Assembly (NCBI GenBank): GCA_963782525.1 | Contig: CAWAKC010000005.1 | Span: forward strand, 1-64,000 | Reading direction: 5' to 3' | Origin: Candidatus Bathyarchaeota archaeon | GTDB lineage: Archaea; Thermoproteota; Bathyarchaeia; Bathyarchaeales; Bathycorpusculaceae | Length of the DNA: 64,000 nt | Shown here: in pieces, positions 62,414 to 64,000 of the stretch | Position numbering within the stretch: the first letter of the stretch is position 1 | Layout: every line of letters starts with the position of its first letter | Notes under the pieces: generated by a model | Database searches by the model: none | What the model was told of the DNA's origin: nothing | The model's input: only the letters and a program-made list of their open reading frames with translations | Position numbers and translations under genes: made by a program

Positions 62414-63775
62414 TTACTTGAAAGTTGGAAGGTACTCAAGCCTCATACCTCGATGTGCCAAGTCAGGTAGGTCTTCTACGCTGCCGATGCTAGCGTCGAT
62501 GTTGCGGTGGATTGGGTGGCTCCATATACCTTCGGGCGCCAGGTTAAACTGCAGGGGGACATCCACTTTTATGTTGTATTTTTCGCTTAAATTCTTAATT
62601 AATCTTCCCTCTTTGCAGGCTATTCGGCCAGAACGGTAGCTCTGGAGCAGTTGTGGTGCCGCGAAAGCTCCTATTCCATGCCAAAGCGTTGCGTCTTCGG
62701 GGGACCCAATCGAGTACAAGAAAAATTGGGGTGAAGATGGCGTTTCTGCGTAACTGTAGTCGGAGAGTTTCTCGCCGGGAACAGTAAAGTCATCTTCGCA
62801 TACCGCGACTGCTATGTCTTCAGGGTCCATGGCGTTGGGGTAGAGTGGCGTGGTCTTGTATTTGACGACGGCGTCGAGTAGTTTGCCGTCTTCAAAGTGC
62901 AGTTTACCTCGCGCGGCACGTTTAGAGCCAAAGCCCTTTTTGGAATGGGGTATCGTCAAGAGTGTTGTGCGGTTTTTCATACTGCGTCCCATGCAGGTGT
63001 ACGCCTCTTCGACAGATGCATAGTCGCGGTTGCTCTCTTGAATAATGTAATGTAGCAAGTCATCTTTATTCTCGGTTTTCAAAGTTGAAAGCGGCATACG
63101 CAGCGTATATAGCGAAAGATCCATCCCAAAGAACGCCGACAACTCCACCAACTGCACATACTTGATGGAATCGACCAAATCAAGGTATGAACCATTGTTG
63201 GTTTGCAAGCTTTCTGTAATAAGTTCGGTTTCTTTTTTAGAAATCATACTGCCATCGTATTTTTTGCAGTACGCGTCATCGATTTTAAGCCCCTCGGTTT
63301 TGACGTTGGCTGCTGGAAAAGCGCTTTGCCCACTGTCAACAATGGACTGTTTTAGGGGGTTCATAGAGTAGCGGTCTGCTTCAACATCGTCGGTGTTTAG
63401 AAGAAAGGGAACGATGTAACCTTGCGTGGGTTTCTTAAGTAACTCTGCCAGTGTAGCAACATCGCCGTCGTCTGGCTGGCGTAAGCCATGTTCGTAGAAG
63501 TAGTTAGCGCAGGTTTCAAGCAGTCGTGTGCCGAGGATGCCTTGGATTTCTTCAACGGTTAATTGCGGATTAGTGTATTCAACTGAGCCGCGGAGGTAAA
63601 ATCGTTCATCTATGAAGGGGAATGATACTTTTTTGCCGTTTACATAACGGAACAGGGCAACCTTGCGATTGCTGTTTTGACCCTTCGAAGCCGTGGCTCC
63701 TTCAACTAGGACCTTCACGGTTGAAAAAGAGGTCTTTAAAAAATCCACGAGCAAAAGTCTGCAATAATCTTCCAT
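62414..63775 (-). CDS. Hypothetical protein (453 aa)
   Basis: Long ORF tightly packed between the GNAT and HExxH genes; no family recognised. Confidence 0.8.
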   Translation of the reverse strand: MEDYCRLLLVDFLKTSFSTVKVLVEGATASKGQNSNRKVALFRYVNGKKVSFPFIDERFYLRGSVEYTNPQLTVEEIQGILGTRLLETCANYFYEHGLRQPDDGDVATLAELLKKPTQGYIVPFLLNTDDVEADRYSMNPLKQSIVDSGQSAFPAANVKTEGLKIDDAYCKKYDGSMISKKETELITESLQTNNGSYLDLVDSIKYVQLVELSAFFGMDLSLYTLRMPLSTLKTENKDDLLHYIIQESNRDYASVEEAYTCMGRSMKNRTTLLTIPHSKKGFGSKRAARGKLHFEDGKLLDAVVKYKTTPLYPNAMDPEDIAVAVCEDDFTVPGEKLSDYSYAETPSSPQFFLYSIGSPEDATLWHGIGAFAAPQLLQSYRSGRIACKEGRLIKNLSEKYNIKVDVPLQFNLAPEGIWSHPIHRNIDASIGSVEDLPDLAHRGMRLEYLPTFK

Positions 63776-63778
63776 AAA

Positions 63779-64000
63779 CTATCCTCTTTCTAGAGATTCA
63801 GCCAAGTATATACAATTTCTTGCAGTACTTGGACCAAAATACATTCTTACTACAGAGAAATCCTCTTTAAACCCCGCCTTAAGGAGCGTTGCAATTAGCG
63901 TGGTTTCTTTTTTCGGCAGCGCTGCGAAGGCTGTCTTGCCTGATAATTCCCCAAGAACACATTTAAGCAATTTGACCGCTTCGTCACCATTGGTTTCTTT
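63779..64000 (-). CDS. 3' end of a probable GNAT-family (YitH-like) protein, truncated by the window edge
   Basis: GF.E.F.VVRMY.G...IYLAESLERG terminus. Confidence 0.55.
   Translation of the reverse strand, partial: KETNGDEAVKLLKCVLGELSGKTAFAALPKKETTLIATLLKAGFKEDFSVVRMYFGPSTARNCIYLAESLERG

Overview
Archaeal chromosome segment, most consistent with Bathyarchaeia (TACK). The lineage is inferred from archaeal EF-1alpha with GHVDNGKST, a short XPF/ERCC4, fwdDBAC, BHB-intron tRNA and general gene content. Core content: 2-oxoacid:ferredoxin oxidoreductase (korAB), an nrdR-nrdD-nrdG operon with tandem NrdR-like boxes, RNase HI, EF-1alpha, fwdDBAC-fdhD with mobAB, a type IV pilus-like locus, bacterial-type PfkA, IleRS and glycosyltransferases. 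Three tRNAs are present: Ser-GCT, Pro-CGG and a two-intron Tyr-GTA. The top finding is at 20084-23471: a secreted S1 protease, an unannotated 18-aa Trp-terminal peptide gene (MNQKRAIKAKGNINWGGW) with strong RBS and 3' hairpin, a polyprenyl-synthase-fold enzyme that keeps the first DDxxD but has lost the IPP-binding and second Asp-rich motifs, and an MFS transporter. Together these suggest an archaeal ComQ/ComX-like prenylated-peptide (RiPP or signalling) system; this is an inference. Also seen: a 203-bp perfect identity between two tandem pilin genes, decayed tRNA-integrated islands including an SSV-type intN-like remnant, several frameshifted pseudogenes and small Cys/His-rich ORFs missed by the ORF track. 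No CRISPR array, rRNA or intact transposase was found.
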